The notes under the pieces are model-generated. The model saw only the letters and a list, made by a program, of their open reading frames with translations, was not told the DNA's origin and searched no databases. A DNA stretch of 64,000 bases from an uncultured Victivallis sp. (GTDB lineage Bacteria; Verrucomicrobiota; Lentisphaeria; Victivallales; GWF2-50-93), in contig CAZRKP010000004.1 in assembly GCA_964600895.1 (NCBI GenBank), forward strand, positions 125,321-189,320. Reading direction: 5' to 3'. A program made the translations under genes and the position numbers. Positions 1 to 9,618 of the stretch are shown piece after piece (the first letter of the stretch is position 1; each line of letters begins with the position of its first letter).

Positions 1-1513
1 CAGTATGATCCGCTATGTCCCAAGGCGGATTTCCGGGAGCATAGACGGAAAACTCATAACTCGCCACAATCTCCTTCCTCCAGAGTCCGTGGACATGATA
101 TTCTCCAGGTGCAACAAGTTGGAAAGGTATTTTATAAACACCATTATCAGCCGCTTTGACATCGCGGCCAAGGTCGTCGGAACCGTCCCACCAGACAGTT
201 TGTTCACCGGCCTCAAAAGGAGTTTCTGAAATCAGATTCCTAATACGCATGCCTTTTGCATCATCGATGACCAAGGTTGCAAATCCTTTTTCAGGCATAG
301 TAAAACGAATGGGGATCGCGCCTTCCTCTTTTTGACTATCCTTTTTGATTGCTGAGGCTAGCACTGCTTTTTCAAGCGGATTATTTCCAAGGGATGAAAA
401 GGCAAACCACTCTCCCAGCCATACACGCTTGCCTTCTGCAGCTCCCTGCTTGGCCCTGGAATCTGTCGTCACGGCTGTAATGCGCAAACGAAGGGCACGG
501 GTCGTGATATCCTTTCCGAAATCCACCCAGTCAAAGATGAATGGGCTGCCCCAGTTGATTTTTCCGACACCTTTTATGGATGTGATTTCTTTCCAATCAT
601 TTTCGGAAGCATCCTTTGGAGGAACTCCTTCCGGACCGGCATAGGTCTGAATATCTGCAGCGCTGAAACCAGGCCACCAGAACGCCACTCCTTTCAACGT
701 GACCGGTTCAGTCCAGGCAAGCATGAGCCACTCGGGTTCTTCTGCAATGGTACGGGCCCTGCTGTCATTCTTCGGATCAAAATTCTCCCATGCGGACCAG
801 CCATCGTAACGGCCTTCATTGTTTATTTTCGTTATCGACTTGGAAACGCGTCCGACCACCATCGCCTGCGGTGCGAGATTCGCAAATCTCCCGGACAGCA
901 TCCTCACACCCTGCAGAACACCGGAATAGTCATTCTCCAAGTTTTGCGCGGTATGGGTGAATCGCAATGCCCTGGTCTTGGTTTCGGGTGGCAAAAGCCA
1001 TGCAGCACATTGATACTCGACGGTCTGGTTGGAAGTTATCATGCCTTTCTCGATCCTTTGCGCAGGAATCCATTGTGCATCATCTCCCATATTGCCGGGA
1101 TATTGTGCGTCAGGCTTTAAAACACTTACCGAAATGTCACCAACCGCCAGGATCGTACCTGCTTCCACAGGTTCCGTGAATCCAATGCGCAGATGCCTCG
1201 GACCGAGTGTCTTTGATTTTCCAAATTTCTGGGAACTGGTTTTCCATGTCGTCTTGGTTGCGATGACATCCTGCGGAAGCGGTACCTTGTCGCCAGTACC
1301 AGTTAAAGCGGCCTCTTTTCCATCCACGAACTGTGCATAGGCGGCCGGATCCAGTTGTGAAACAGCCAAAGAAGGCTGAAAAGGTCCATCTTCAGAAATA
1401 GCATCCAGACAGATCAGCGACATAAGTAAAATAAGACTGCTGCCAAATAAGTGTTTTGAGGTGGAAAGATAATTCCAGAAGGTTCCATATCTCTTTTTCC
1501 CTGACATTATCAT
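1..1513 (-). CDS. hypothetical exported protein, partial (3' end runs off the window)
   Basis: Absent from the supplied ORF track because it has no stop in the window. My reverse-strand translation from ATG at 1511-1513 (AAGGA about 8 nt upstream) stays open down to position 2: MIMSGKKRYGTFWNYLSTSKHLFGSSLILLMSLICLDAISEDG... RALRLRITAVTTDS ... VWWDGSDDLGRDVKAADNGVYKIPF. The N-terminus is hydrophobic. I do not recognise the family with confidence. Confidence 0.7.
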   Translation of the reverse strand, partial: MIMSGKKRYGTFWNYLSTSKHLFGSSLILLMSLICLDAISEDGPFQPSLAVSQLDPAAYAQFVDGKEAALTGTGDKVPLPQDVIATKTTWKTSSQKFGKSKTLGPRHLRIGFTEPVEAGTILAVGDISVSVLKPDAQYPGNMGDDAQWIPAQRIEKGMITSNQTVEYQCAAWLLPPETKTRALRFTHTAQNLENDYSGVLQGVRMLSGRFANLAPQAMVVGRVSKSITKINNEGRYDGWSAWENFDPKNDSRARTIAEEPEWLMLAWTEPVTLKGVAFWWPGFSAADIQTYAGPEGVPPKDASENDWKEITSIKGVGKINWGSPFIFDWVDFGKDITTRALRLRITAVTTDSRAKQGAAEGKRVWLGEWFAFSSLGNNPLEKAVLASAIKKDSQKEEGAIPIRFTMPEKGFATLVIDDAKGMRIRNLISETPFEAGEQTVWWDGSDDLGRDVKAADNGVYKIPFQLVAPGEYHVHGLWRKEIVASYEFSVYAPGNPPWDIADHT

Positions 1514-1561
1514 AATCGTATTCCTTACTTTATTCCGAATTTTCATTTTATATGAATATAC

Positions 1562-2770
1562 CTATTTCTTTTTTTCGGGCTGAGCTGCAGACAATTTAGG
1601 AGGCGTTGTCATGTTGATCGGTGCCAGTTTCGCCATCTGTGCAGCTGCCATCAGGAAGGCACCGGTACCATATGTGCGACTACCGTCAGCATAAACCGGA
1701 GCCGGACCATGGGCCACCCCTTGCACATAACCCAGCAAGCCATCTTCCCTACGGGCGGCCAAAAGGGCCACCCAGGCTTTTTCCACTACTGGCCTATAGG
1801 TTTTCTCATCGAGAACTCCATTGTTGATGCCCCATGCCATGGCAAAACAGTTCAATGCAGTTCCACTGCTGTCGGAATGAGGAAACTCTTCGAAATCAAG
1901 AAGGCTGGGACTCCAGGTTCCGTCCGGTCTTTGCAGGCTGGCGAGTCTTGCGGACATTTCCTGCAACTGCTTCTCATAGCGCTGGCGCTGCGGATCGTCC
2001 TTCGGGACGTATTCAAGCAAACGGGCAAGCCCTCCCATCACCCAGCCATTTCCCCTCGCCCAGAAGACCTTTTTCCCGCTCAGAGTCTTTTTTTTGGGAA
2101 AAATTTTGCCATCATCGCGAAAATAGAGATGTTCGCTTTCATCATACATCACTGCCGAGGCGCGCCACCACTCGGTGTGCATCGCCTGCAGGTATTTTGG
2201 ATCCCCGGTGATGGCGGTCAGATGAGGATGAATGGCGGGAGCCATGAACAGGGCGTCACACCAGCTCCACACACGCATGTCCCCCTTAAGCTGGTCATCT
2301 TTCTTCAGGTTCGCTTTATCCTCCATGATGAAATCCGAGGCTTTTTCAATGCGCTGCCGCACAGGATCGAGTATTTTCTGATCCTTGGTCTTGTCGTAGG
2401 CGATTAGCCAGGCCTGTCCGATGCAGAGGTCGTCGGCATTGTGCGCGTAACGGGTCAGCCTCTTCGCAACCTCTTCATAGGAAATGATAGGAGTCCACTT
2501 GTCCGACTCACCGCTCTTGATCAGAGCTTCGAAATGTCCTGGTTTTGTGGAGACCTTGGAAAAGTCAGCGACGCCAGCCCAGAAGACCCCCATTTCCCAA
2601 TCAGGCTTCGGATAGCCTTTTGTAAACTTGGCAAGCTGCGCGTCCGCCATCTTCTCTCCTTCCGCGATAACCTGCTCTTTAGTCATTACGGCCTCCTGGG
2701 AATATCCTGAGCCGACCATAAGCAGATGCGCGAAAACAAAGGAACTGAAAATTATGAATGTCTTATTCAT
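1562..2770 (-). CDS. glycoside hydrolase family 88/105 (unsaturated uronyl hydrolase type)
   Basis: ORF 1562..2932. I prefer the internal start MNKTFIIFSSFVFAHLLMVGSGYSQ (signal peptide) at 2770, which overlaps the upstream stop by 8 nt. The Glyco_hydro_88-like core includes FWARGNGWVMGGLARLLEYVP, RPDGTWSPSLLD and SGTALNCFAMAWGINNG. The gene ends in TAG at 1562-1564. Confidence 0.85.
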   Translation of the reverse strand: MNKTFIIFSSFVFAHLLMVGSGYSQEAVMTKEQVIAEGEKMADAQLAKFTKGYPKPDWEMGVFWAGVADFSKVSTKPGHFEALIKSGESDKWTPIISYEEVAKRLTRYAHNADDLCIGQAWLIAYDKTKDQKILDPVRQRIEKASDFIMEDKANLKKDDQLKGDMRVWSWCDALFMAPAIHPHLTAITGDPKYLQAMHTEWWRASAVMYDESEHLYFRDDGKIFPKKKTLSGKKVFWARGNGWVMGGLARLLEYVPKDDPQRQRYEKQLQEMSARLASLQRPDGTWSPSLLDFEEFPHSDSSGTALNCFAMAWGINNGVLDEKTYRPVVEKAWVALLAARREDGLLGYVQGVAHGPAPVYADGSRTYGTGAFLMAAAQMAKLAPINMTTPPKLSAAQPEKKK

Positions 2771-3686
2771 CTTGCTTCTCTTTTTTAAAAGTTTCTTCGG
2801 CCACGCCTTTAAGATATTCACCCCATTGCTCAGGGGTTGAGATATCCCCGAATTTACCCCACGCAAACCCCGCATAGTGGACCGTGCGTCCTTCTTTATC
2901 CGTACGCGTAGTAAGGACCGCATGGCTCTCATCGCCGGCTTTAGATTTGATCTCCTGTATCCCAGTAATACGCAGAGGATCTATTACCACTCCCGTGCCG
3001 AATCCTGATTTCTCAAATGTCTCCCAGACCGACATCCATCCTTCATCCTTTTTCAGCGTCACCGCCCCGCGCTGATTGTGTGTAGTTATTCCCACCGCAA
3101 TCTCCAGATCGGCAGGTTTGCCGTTCTCTGTGAAAACAGATTCCGACTTGAACAGTCTTTTCCCCAGTTCGATGGTAATTGTCTTGACTTCCCGGATCTT
3201 ACGGCCCTCCAGAGGATACTCGTATGTCAGCTCAAATACGGATTTTTTCTGTGTGGACTCTATTATTTTCCATTCCTTGTAGACATTGGACAAAACCATT
3301 TTTCCGTTGTGCCAAATGGCAGTCCCACCGCATCCACGGGATTTGCCGACATGATAGAAATCACATCCTTCACCATTGTCCTTGTGGTAACTTATCTTCT
3401 GCTCACGGTCCAGACGGTACCACTTGTCAATTATTGGATATGAGACCCGTTTGGCCCAGCAGTCAATGCCGCTGTTCTCGGCGCCCTTGCTCAGTGCCGG
3501 GCCATATGCGCGGAACGCAACCAGATCATTTTCCCAGGCAAAATCGTCTGACCGCTCAGGCACGTATCGGCAGAACGTGGTCGGTTCTGGGCTTTCCGAA
3601 GAAGTCCGTGGTGCTTCAACGTCAGCTGCTGCTACCACATGCATGCCCATAGCAACAATCAAAAGTAGAATTGATTTATTTTTCAT
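2763..3686 (-). CDS. DUF4861-like exported protein (commonly next to GH88/GH105 genes)
   Basis: ORF 2763..3707. Start MKNKSILLLIVAMGMHVVAA at 3686 has AAAGAGGA upstream. Recognised motifs: FAWENDLVAFRAYGPAL, GIDCWAKRV, YHKDNGEGCDFYHVGKSRGCGG. Confidence 0.75.
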   Translation of the reverse strand: MKNKSILLLIVAMGMHVVAAADVEAPRTSSESPEPTTFCRYVPERSDDFAWENDLVAFRAYGPALSKGAENSGIDCWAKRVSYPIIDKWYRLDREQKISYHKDNGEGCDFYHVGKSRGCGGTAIWHNGKMVLSNVYKEWKIIESTQKKSVFELTYEYPLEGRKIREVKTITIELGKRLFKSESVFTENGKPADLEIAVGITTHNQRGAVTLKKDEGWMSVWETFEKSGFGTGVVIDPLRITGIQEIKSKAGDESHAVLTTRTDKEGRTVHYAGFAWGKFGDISTPEQWGEYLKGVAEETFKKEKQDE

Positions 3687-3730
3687 GTTATTGTATCCTC
3701 TTTCCATACTTCACCTTCTATATGGACAGA

Positions 3731-4588
3731 TCATGGAATTCCCACACGGGTTATCGAATGTATATATTCACCATGGAGATCCGCATAGAGGAAATTGCGG
3801 TCGAAGTGATAGTTTTCCAGCGCATATGCAGAATAGAAACCTGCATCGTATTGGTCCGCAGGACCGCACAATGACTGGAAACCATGCGGTTCAAGCATCA
3901 CATCTGCGGTCTTACTATATACGGAAGGACATCCCAGAAAGGCTATCTGCGATAATGTGAATTCAACAGGTGTATAGCCGGAGATCCTGACACCCCACTT
4001 TGCCTGGGTGGCCGCAGATCCGTTATGACGCCCCATCCTCCACATTCCCGTAAGGGCACCGTTGTTGCCGACACATGCTGCCCTGGCATGAGGTCCGTTA
4101 TATACATAAATTCCAAAAGTTGAGTTATAATATCCTCCATAGTAGGAAAATCCATTGGGGAGATTTCCCGTACAGACGCTGATCCCATCCGGAACCCATT
4201 TCTTATGAGTTACATATCCTCTTCCTGCAAGTCGGTGCCAGGCGCCTTTCTGATTTCCTGAAGAAGATGGATCTTCATCGGTCTGGTTGGGTACATACCC
4301 GTTCCAGGCGACAGTTGGAGGAGAGCCATACCATTTTCCGCAGGATTCATCGCCCCAGTTCTGGGCCCAGTCGTTCGTGTCGTTATCGTAGTTGGTAGGA
4401 TATTCGGTGAAGTCAAGGGCATATGCTGTAAGTGCTAGGCCAAGCTGCCGCTGGTTACTCATACAGTTAAGCACTCTGGCCTTCTCCTTGGCATTTTGCA
4501 ATGCCGGAAGCAAAAGCCCAATAAGAATTGCGATGATCGCAATTACCACGAGAAGTTCGATGAGGGTAAATCTTTTAGAAACATTCAT
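3731..4588 (-). CDS. prepilin-type N-terminal domain protein, H-X9-DG/DUF1559-like (P1)
   Basis: N-terminus MNVSKR|[33 protein letters not shown]-terminal motif [20 protein letters not shown] lies 6 nt upstream of the ATG. Confidence 0.9.
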   Translation of the reverse strand: MNVSKRFTLIELLVVIAIIAILIGLLLPALQNAKEKARVLNCMSNQRQLGLALTAYALDFTEYPTNYDNDTNDWAQNWGDESCGKWYGSPPTVAWNGYVPNQTDEDPSSSGNQKGAWHRLAGRGYVTHKKWVPDGISVCTGNLPNGFSYYGGYYNSTFGIYVYNGPHARAACVGNNGALTGMWRMGRHNGSAATQAKWGVRISGYTPVEFTLSQIAFLGCPSVYSKTADVMLEPHGFQSLCGPADQYDAGFYSAYALENYHFDRNFLYADLHGEYIHSITRVGIP

Positions 4589-4670
4589 TTTCTTCTCCCC
4601 TTCAACTTATCAGAAGTTTTTTCCAAGTATTGGCTACCTATCCATCTGCTACTGTCATCTGCAAGACATC

Positions 4671-4703
4671 ATGTTATCGTATTATTATATTATATGATAA
4701 CAT
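4671..4703. promoter_or_regulatory. inverted repeat ATGTTATC-N17-GATAACAT, candidate operator/promoter upstream of P1
   Basis: Perfect 8-bp arms at 4671-4678 and 4696-4703 flank an AT-rich spacer containing TATAAT-like hexamers. It lies in the 212-bp gap between the regulator stop (4801) and the P1 start (4588). Confidence 0.3.
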
Positions 4704-4800
4704 CTGCTTTGGATTAGTCAAGCCCAAGATCAAATTATTGTCGATTTTTTTAAAGGAGAGGACCTGCGGATGCCTGCTGGAATCGGAGGAGAACGCCACG

Positions 4801-5982
4801 TCAGCCTGCTTTCAGCTCATTTTCGAAAATCGTACCGATGATGGCTTTATGGTAAGCAGGCCCGGTGCTTCTCCAGGAACGAAGCATGCTTAGTGCGGTT
4901 TCAAGAATCTTGCTGGCATCAAATCCTAGACGGACAACTGGAACTGAAGAACTCGGAGGACATGGAAAATTGCAATGGGCCACTACCTCAAGATCTGAGG
5001 GAACCTTGACACCTGACTTCGCAATTCCCATTGTTACGGATTCCACAAGATTATCATCCGTTATTATCAAACCGTCGGGAATTTCATTTCCGGCTCCATA
5101 GAACATTATCCTTGCAAGATTCTCCCCTGGAGAAGTCTCATAGATGCTCATACCCTGAAGCCACTGTGGACCAGATGTCATCCCATATTCCCTTATTTTC
5201 TCAATCCATTTTCTGCTCGGATGGAATATCCATGGATGACCGATGACTGCAATCTTTTTTTTCCCTTTTCCCTTCAGATATTCAAGCGACCTGTCCTGGA
5301 AACTCATCCCATCAATACTGAACTTCGATATCTCCGGATAAAGGTCGGGGCGGTCCATCAAGGCACACCGCGGAATGCCAGTCTCCTTCAGTATTGGAGT
5401 CCTGTCAACCAGAAAGGGAGGTGAAGTGAAAAAGATCCCCATGATCTTCTTCCTTTTTACATTGTCGACCAGAGACACCTGTTCCGGACTGTCCGTCCAG
5501 CCATTGATTTTTATATTGCTGAACTGGAATATTTTCAGGCCGTCATCACGTTTCTTCTCTGCGGCTACCGACAACGCCTTCCACAATAGACTGCTCTCCT
5601 TGCTCTGAGGAAAGACCATTGCGACATTGACCGTATTAGGAGGATTTTTAACCACATACGTCCCTGCCGGCCTTTCCGTACGAAGAAAACCATCGGCCTC
5701 GAACTGGTCAATTATATTCTGGATGGTGATCGGACTTGCACCATATTCCTGGCACAGCTGGCGCCGAGTAGGTATGCGCTCCCCGGGTTTCCACTTGCCA
5801 TCATATATGAAGTTTTTCAGAAGTGATGCTATCTCCTGGAACCTCTCATCCGTAGGCCCTCTCCTGCAGGGCTTGTGCGGTTTTGAATCAAAAGCATTGA
5901 TTTCTGTCCCGCACTGCGGACAGAACAAGGAGAAAGGGCTGACCTTGCGTCCCTTGATCTTGGATTTTCCCGGCATATGCAT
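4801..5982 (-). CDS. chimeric transcriptional regulator: GntR-type winged HTH plus LacI/GalR-type sugar-binding domain (AraR-like architecture)
   Basis: GntR-like segment: GERIPTRRQLCQEYGASPITIQNIIDQFEADGFLRTERPAGTYV. It is followed by about 270 aa with a periplasmic-binding-fold look (KKIAVIGHP..., LIITDDNLVESVTMGIAKSGVKVPSDLEVVAHCNF). GGAG lies 4 nt upstream of the ATG at 5982. Confidence 0.8.
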   Translation of the reverse strand: MHMPGKSKIKGRKVSPFSLFCPQCGTEINAFDSKPHKPCRRGPTDERFQEIASLLKNFIYDGKWKPGERIPTRRQLCQEYGASPITIQNIIDQFEADGFLRTERPAGTYVVKNPPNTVNVAMVFPQSKESSLLWKALSVAAEKKRDDGLKIFQFSNIKINGWTDSPEQVSLVDNVKRKKIMGIFFTSPPFLVDRTPILKETGIPRCALMDRPDLYPEISKFSIDGMSFQDRSLEYLKGKGKKKIAVIGHPWIFHPSRKWIEKIREYGMTSGPQWLQGMSIYETSPGENLARIMFYGAGNEIPDGLIITDDNLVESVTMGIAKSGVKVPSDLEVVAHCNFPCPPSSSVPVVRLGFDASKILETALSMLRSWRSTGPAYHKAIIGTIFENELKAG

Positions 5983-6202
5983 GTTTCTCCAATATCAGTT
6001 CCAATGATAACAAGACCTATGAATAGCACCGAATCTTATGTAAATCAACCAGCCGTTATCCTTCCAATCCCAGTTTCGAGTCCTTCAGAATGCATTTTCA
6101 GGCTGACAGGACTGGAATTCCCTGTCCCTCGGAAATCCATTTTGGAATTTCAAGTTCTTCGGATCAGGAATCCCGTCCCATGCGAGACCATCCTCGGGGA
6201 AT

Positions 6203-7165
6203 TCATTCGGAAGCCTTGGAGACGCACCCAGGCCTTGTATTATCAGTGACTACCCTATGGGCTATGTCCCTGAGGAATGTGGCGTCCTCATCGGACATCT
6301 TCTGCGGCTTGAACTTGATCTTGCGGACATCCTCCTTGAAGAAGAATTCAAACCAAACGCATCCTCCAAGGTACTCTCCTGCGGAATTCGCATGGTGGCT
6401 GTCAAAGTTCAACTTCTTATCCTTCCATGAATATCCGGCATTCAGGGAATGGACTTCCTTTGGAAGTTCCGGAGGTTTTGCGTTCTTGTAATCAAAGCTA
6501 TCGTCATGCTTGAACTGCCATTCAGGCGACTCGTAAGCCAGCTGGAACGCAGCTCCCACGGGAATGATCCGGCAACCGAGTTCCTTGGCAATCGTGGTAT
6601 ATGCATCGGTAAGCTGCTGGTACATCTTCACTGAAGTGAAACCATCCTTGAAAAGCTGCTTGTCATCAGCACGGTATGCCCATGTCTGGTGGATGATCAC
6701 CTCGGCGTCAGGCGCATATTTCTTGATATAGTCGTATAGGTTCTTCGCGTAAGGACGGTAGGTATCGATCTTGTAGCTGAACATGCTGAACTGCTGGATG
6801 GACACGTACTGCCATTTCCCACCCTGGAGAATTTCCTTGAGACTGGCCTTCTTTCCATTGAATGTATATGGCTTGCCTTCGGGATCATCCGGGTTCGCCT
6901 CATACTTCTGGGCCAGGTTCCAATGCTTTTCCATCGGGCAACCGCCAATCGATGCGTGGGCGAAGACAAGTTCACAGTTCCCTGAATCCTTGACAATGTC
7001 CTTGAGATATTTCGAGGCATTGCCCGAAAAGCTGTTGCCTATCGCAAGAAGCCTTATCTGCCTTACATCTCCCTTCTCAGCAGAAACGGTGTTCTCCTGT
7101 GCCGCCAGATCAATCACCAGGAAGGTTAACAGTCCATAGATGAGCGAACGGATCAGATTATTCAC
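6203..7165 (-). CDS. DUF4886 / SGNH-like esterase family protein, exported
   Basis: GTG start at 7163-7165 immediately follows an in-frame TAA, with AAAGGAGA upstream. N-terminus: MNNLIRSLIYGLLTFLVIDLAAQ; motif: IRLLAIGNSFSGNASKYL. Confidence 0.75.
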   Translation of the reverse strand: MNNLIRSLIYGLLTFLVIDLAAQENTVSAEKGDVRQIRLLAIGNSFSGNASKYLKDIVKDSGNCELVFAHASIGGCPMEKHWNLAQKYEANPDDPEGKPYTFNGKKASLKEILQGGKWQYVSIQQFSMFSYKIDTYRPYAKNLYDYIKKYAPDAEVIIHQTWAYRADDKQLFKDGFTSVKMYQQLTDAYTTIAKELGCRIIPVGAAFQLAYESPEWQFKHDDSFDYKNAKPPELPKEVHSLNAGYSWKDKKLNFDSHHANSAGEYLGGCVWFEFFFKEDVRKIKFKPQKMSDEDATFLRDIAHRVVTDNTRPGCVSKASE

Positions 7166-7361
7166 TTATGCAATCTCCTTTCACTGTTTAAGAAAATGAA
7201 TTTGATTATAGAACTACAAGTTTTTGAAGAGTCAAACCTATATTTCCACTATATTCACCCTATTCCCAAATCACTATCCTTGATATTTACCGGCCTAAGT
7301 TTATTTTCATCATCAGAATGAAAAGATGATAAATTGAATTCAAAATATCCGGACATGGCTG

Positions 7362-9563
7362 ATGCCGACAATAACCAGGATAGCTTCTTTCGAAAAATAT
7401 CTTATATCACCACTTAATGGAGTCTGGCGCTCATCGCTTCTCCTTTGCGTAATTCTTTTTCTTCTTGCGGCACGTGCGAACCTCGCTAATGCCCAGGACG
7501 ATGAAATCCTGCACATAAAAAAACAGATTTCCGAGTTACTGATTGCCACTCCTCCGGAAAAGGATCTGCGTTTCACAGGGAAGGAATCCGGCAAATCCGA
7601 TATTGAAGAATGGATGCGTTCCATCGCGGCTGACGGAAGCTGGCCAGACATATCATATGAAAGCAGGACCACGGGTGCCTGGCAGCCGTTGCTACACCTC
7701 GCAAGACTCAAGGAAATGTCATTAGCCTATGTGACTCCGTCCAACACTCTACATGGTGATCCGTCTCTAAGGAAAGCCATCCATTCGGCGCTGGGTAATT
7801 GGCTGGAAAAGGACTATCGGAGCTTCAACTGGTTCCATAATGATATCCGTGTGCCGCAGTATATGGCACACTACATGTTCATCCTTGACTCGGATGTCTC
7901 TCCGGAGGAGCGTGCCAAAGCTCTCAAGATCATCTCCAGATCCTCGATCACCATGACAGGACAGAACCGGGTCTGGCTGGCGGGAAATGTCCTCATGAGA
8001 GGTGTGTTGGAAGGGAATTCCTCTCTTGTAAAGAAGGGGCGTGATGCCATCAACGAGGAGATCGTTTATTCGGAAACCGATGGGCTCCAGATTGACAACA
8101 GCTTCCAACAGCACGGCCCTCAGCTGCAGCTCGGAAGCTATGGTCTTGCGTTTGCTCGCGATGTCTCAGCATGGATGGAATATCTCCGTGGAACAAGCAT
8201 GGCATTCGACAAGGACAAGATCGAAATGCTCCGCAACTACATTCTCTACGGCGAATACTGGACTTCTTGGAAGGGTTTCAAGGACATCAGCGCCTGCGGC
8301 AGACAGCTGTTTCCCAGTACGCAGTCCAGCAAGGGTGAAGAAGCCTCAAGATTGCTGCGTTCACTTGAAAAAATCGACGCCTCTTCCGCCTCCATCTGCC
8401 AGAAAGCCCTGCTTTCATTTGATGGAGTTGCAGGGGCAAAGGAGCAAATTACCGGCAACAGGATGTTCTGGCGCTCCGATTTCATGGTGGACCGCAGACC
8501 TGGATATTATGCATCTGTCAGGTTGAATTCCGAACGTACCCGAGGCAGCGAGAGCATCAACAAGGAAAATATTTTTGGCGGTTTTCTGGCGGACGGTTCG
8601 CTTTACATCTATCAGTCCGGACGGGAATATGAGGATATTTTTCCGGTCTGGAACTGGAGGAAGATCCCGGGGATCACATGCATTGACAAAGCTTCAATCG
8701 CACCTTCCGCCGTACAGAAAAGACGGAATGCAGGCACGTTCGTCGGTGGCGTCTCTGATGGCGTCGACGGAGCTGCGGTAATGGATTATCATATCGAAGA
8801 GATGTCTTCGGCACGTTCCCGTCGCAGCATGGACTTCAAGGCAAGGAAAAGCTGGTTCTTTTTTGATGGACGGATCGTCGCGCTCGGAGCCGGGATTTCA
8901 ACGGAATTCGACACTCAGAAGGATGGTGCCATCACGACCACAATCAACCAGTGCCTGCTCAAAGGACCGGTACTTGCAGCTTCCGCTGAAAATACCACGG
9001 CCATAAAGGGAAGGCAAAGCCTTACTGATCTTCAGTGGGCACTTCATGACAGCGTAGGATATCTTTTACTTCAGCCTGCCTGCGTGACACTGGGAGGAGA
9101 GGAGCAGAAAGGTTCCTGGAAAAATGTCTATGAAGCCGCATCTCCGGATCCAGTTGCAAAGGAGATCTTCTCCATCTGGATCGACCATGAGTCCCAGCCC
9201 AAGGATGCGACCTATGCCTACATGATCCTGCCATCCGTCTCGGAGGAGCAGATGAAGAAATATTCAAAGTCACCCGGAGTTGAAATCATACAGAACACAT
9301 CTGACATGCAGGCTGTCAGGTGCGGCAATACCGCTATTGCCGTTTTCTACAAGCCAGGACAGTTCAATTATGCCCCTGACAGGCAGATTTCTGTTGATCA
9401 GCCGTCCCTGCTTATGATCAAAAATATTGACAAGGAACCAAAGTTGACAGTGTCCGATCCGACACAGAAGCTCAAGGAGCTACTGGTCACCTGCAACGGG
9501 AAATCCTCAAAGGTCCAATTGCCCGTCGGACAAAAAGCCGGCAGCAGCATAGAGGCTCGATAA
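7362..9563 (+). CDS. polysaccharide lyase family 8 (chondroitin/hyaluronan/xanthan lyase type)
   Basis: 733 aa with a hydrophobic N-terminus. PL8-like motifs: NWFHNDIRVPQ, TGQNRVWLAGNVLMRG, DGLQIDNSFQQHGPQLQLGSYGLAF. Confidence 0.8.
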   Translation: MPTITRIASFEKYLISPLNGVWRSSLLLCVILFLLAARANLANAQDDEILHIKKQISELLIATPPEKDLRFTGKESGKSDIEEWMRSIAADGSWPDISYESRTTGAWQPLLHLARLKEMSLAYVTPSNTLHGDPSLRKAIHSALGNWLEKDYRSFNWFHNDIRVPQYMAHYMFILDSDVSPEERAKALKIISRSSITMTGQNRVWLAGNVLMRGVLEGNSSLVKKGRDAINEEIVYSETDGLQIDNSFQQHGPQLQLGSYGLAFARDVSAWMEYLRGTSMAFDKDKIEMLRNYILYGEYWTSWKGFKDISACGRQLFPSTQSSKGEEASRLLRSLEKIDASSASICQKALLSFDGVAGAKEQITGNRMFWRSDFMVDRRPGYYASVRLNSERTRGSESINKENIFGGFLADGSLYIYQSGREYEDIFPVWNWRKIPGITCIDKASIAPSAVQKRRNAGTFVGGVSDGVDGAAVMDYHIEEMSSARSRRSMDFKARKSWFFFDGRIVALGAGISTEFDTQKDGAITTTINQCLLKGPVLAASAENTTAIKGRQSLTDLQWALHDSVGYLLLQPACVTLGGEEQKGSWKNVYEAASPDPVAKEIFSIWIDHESQPKDATYAYMILPSVSEEQMKKYSKSPGVEIIQNTSDMQAVRCGNTAIAVFYKPGQFNYAPDRQISVDQPSLLMIKNIDKEPKLTVSDPTQKLKELLVTCNGKSSKVQLPVGQKAGSSIEAR

Positions 9564-9618
9564 TACTTGAGATTGTCACCCAACGGTTGTTGGCAATAAC
9601 TAAAGAATACCTAAATTT

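Noticed and set aside
1709-2407. Long antisense ORFs in the track. Examples: 1709-2407+, 12330-12875-, 16874-17461-, 21319-22035-, 36387-36962-, 37836-38372-, 38776-39384-, 41260-41958-, 45531-46304+, 52983-53816-, 59023-59634+.
   Set aside because: Each lies entirely inside a longer opposite-strand ORF that has recognisable family motifs and an RBS. Their translations are low-complexity or unrecognisable, which is typical of shadow ORFs.
2771-2932. N-terminal extensions of track ORFs (to 2932, 3707, 26443, 33502, 35334, 44173, 52441, 56385).
   Set aside because: Internal starts have Shine-Dalgarno-like sequences and begin with signal peptides or HTH motifs. The extensions overlap upstream genes or REP elements; for example MAGWKTRPP is a translation of REP copy 4.
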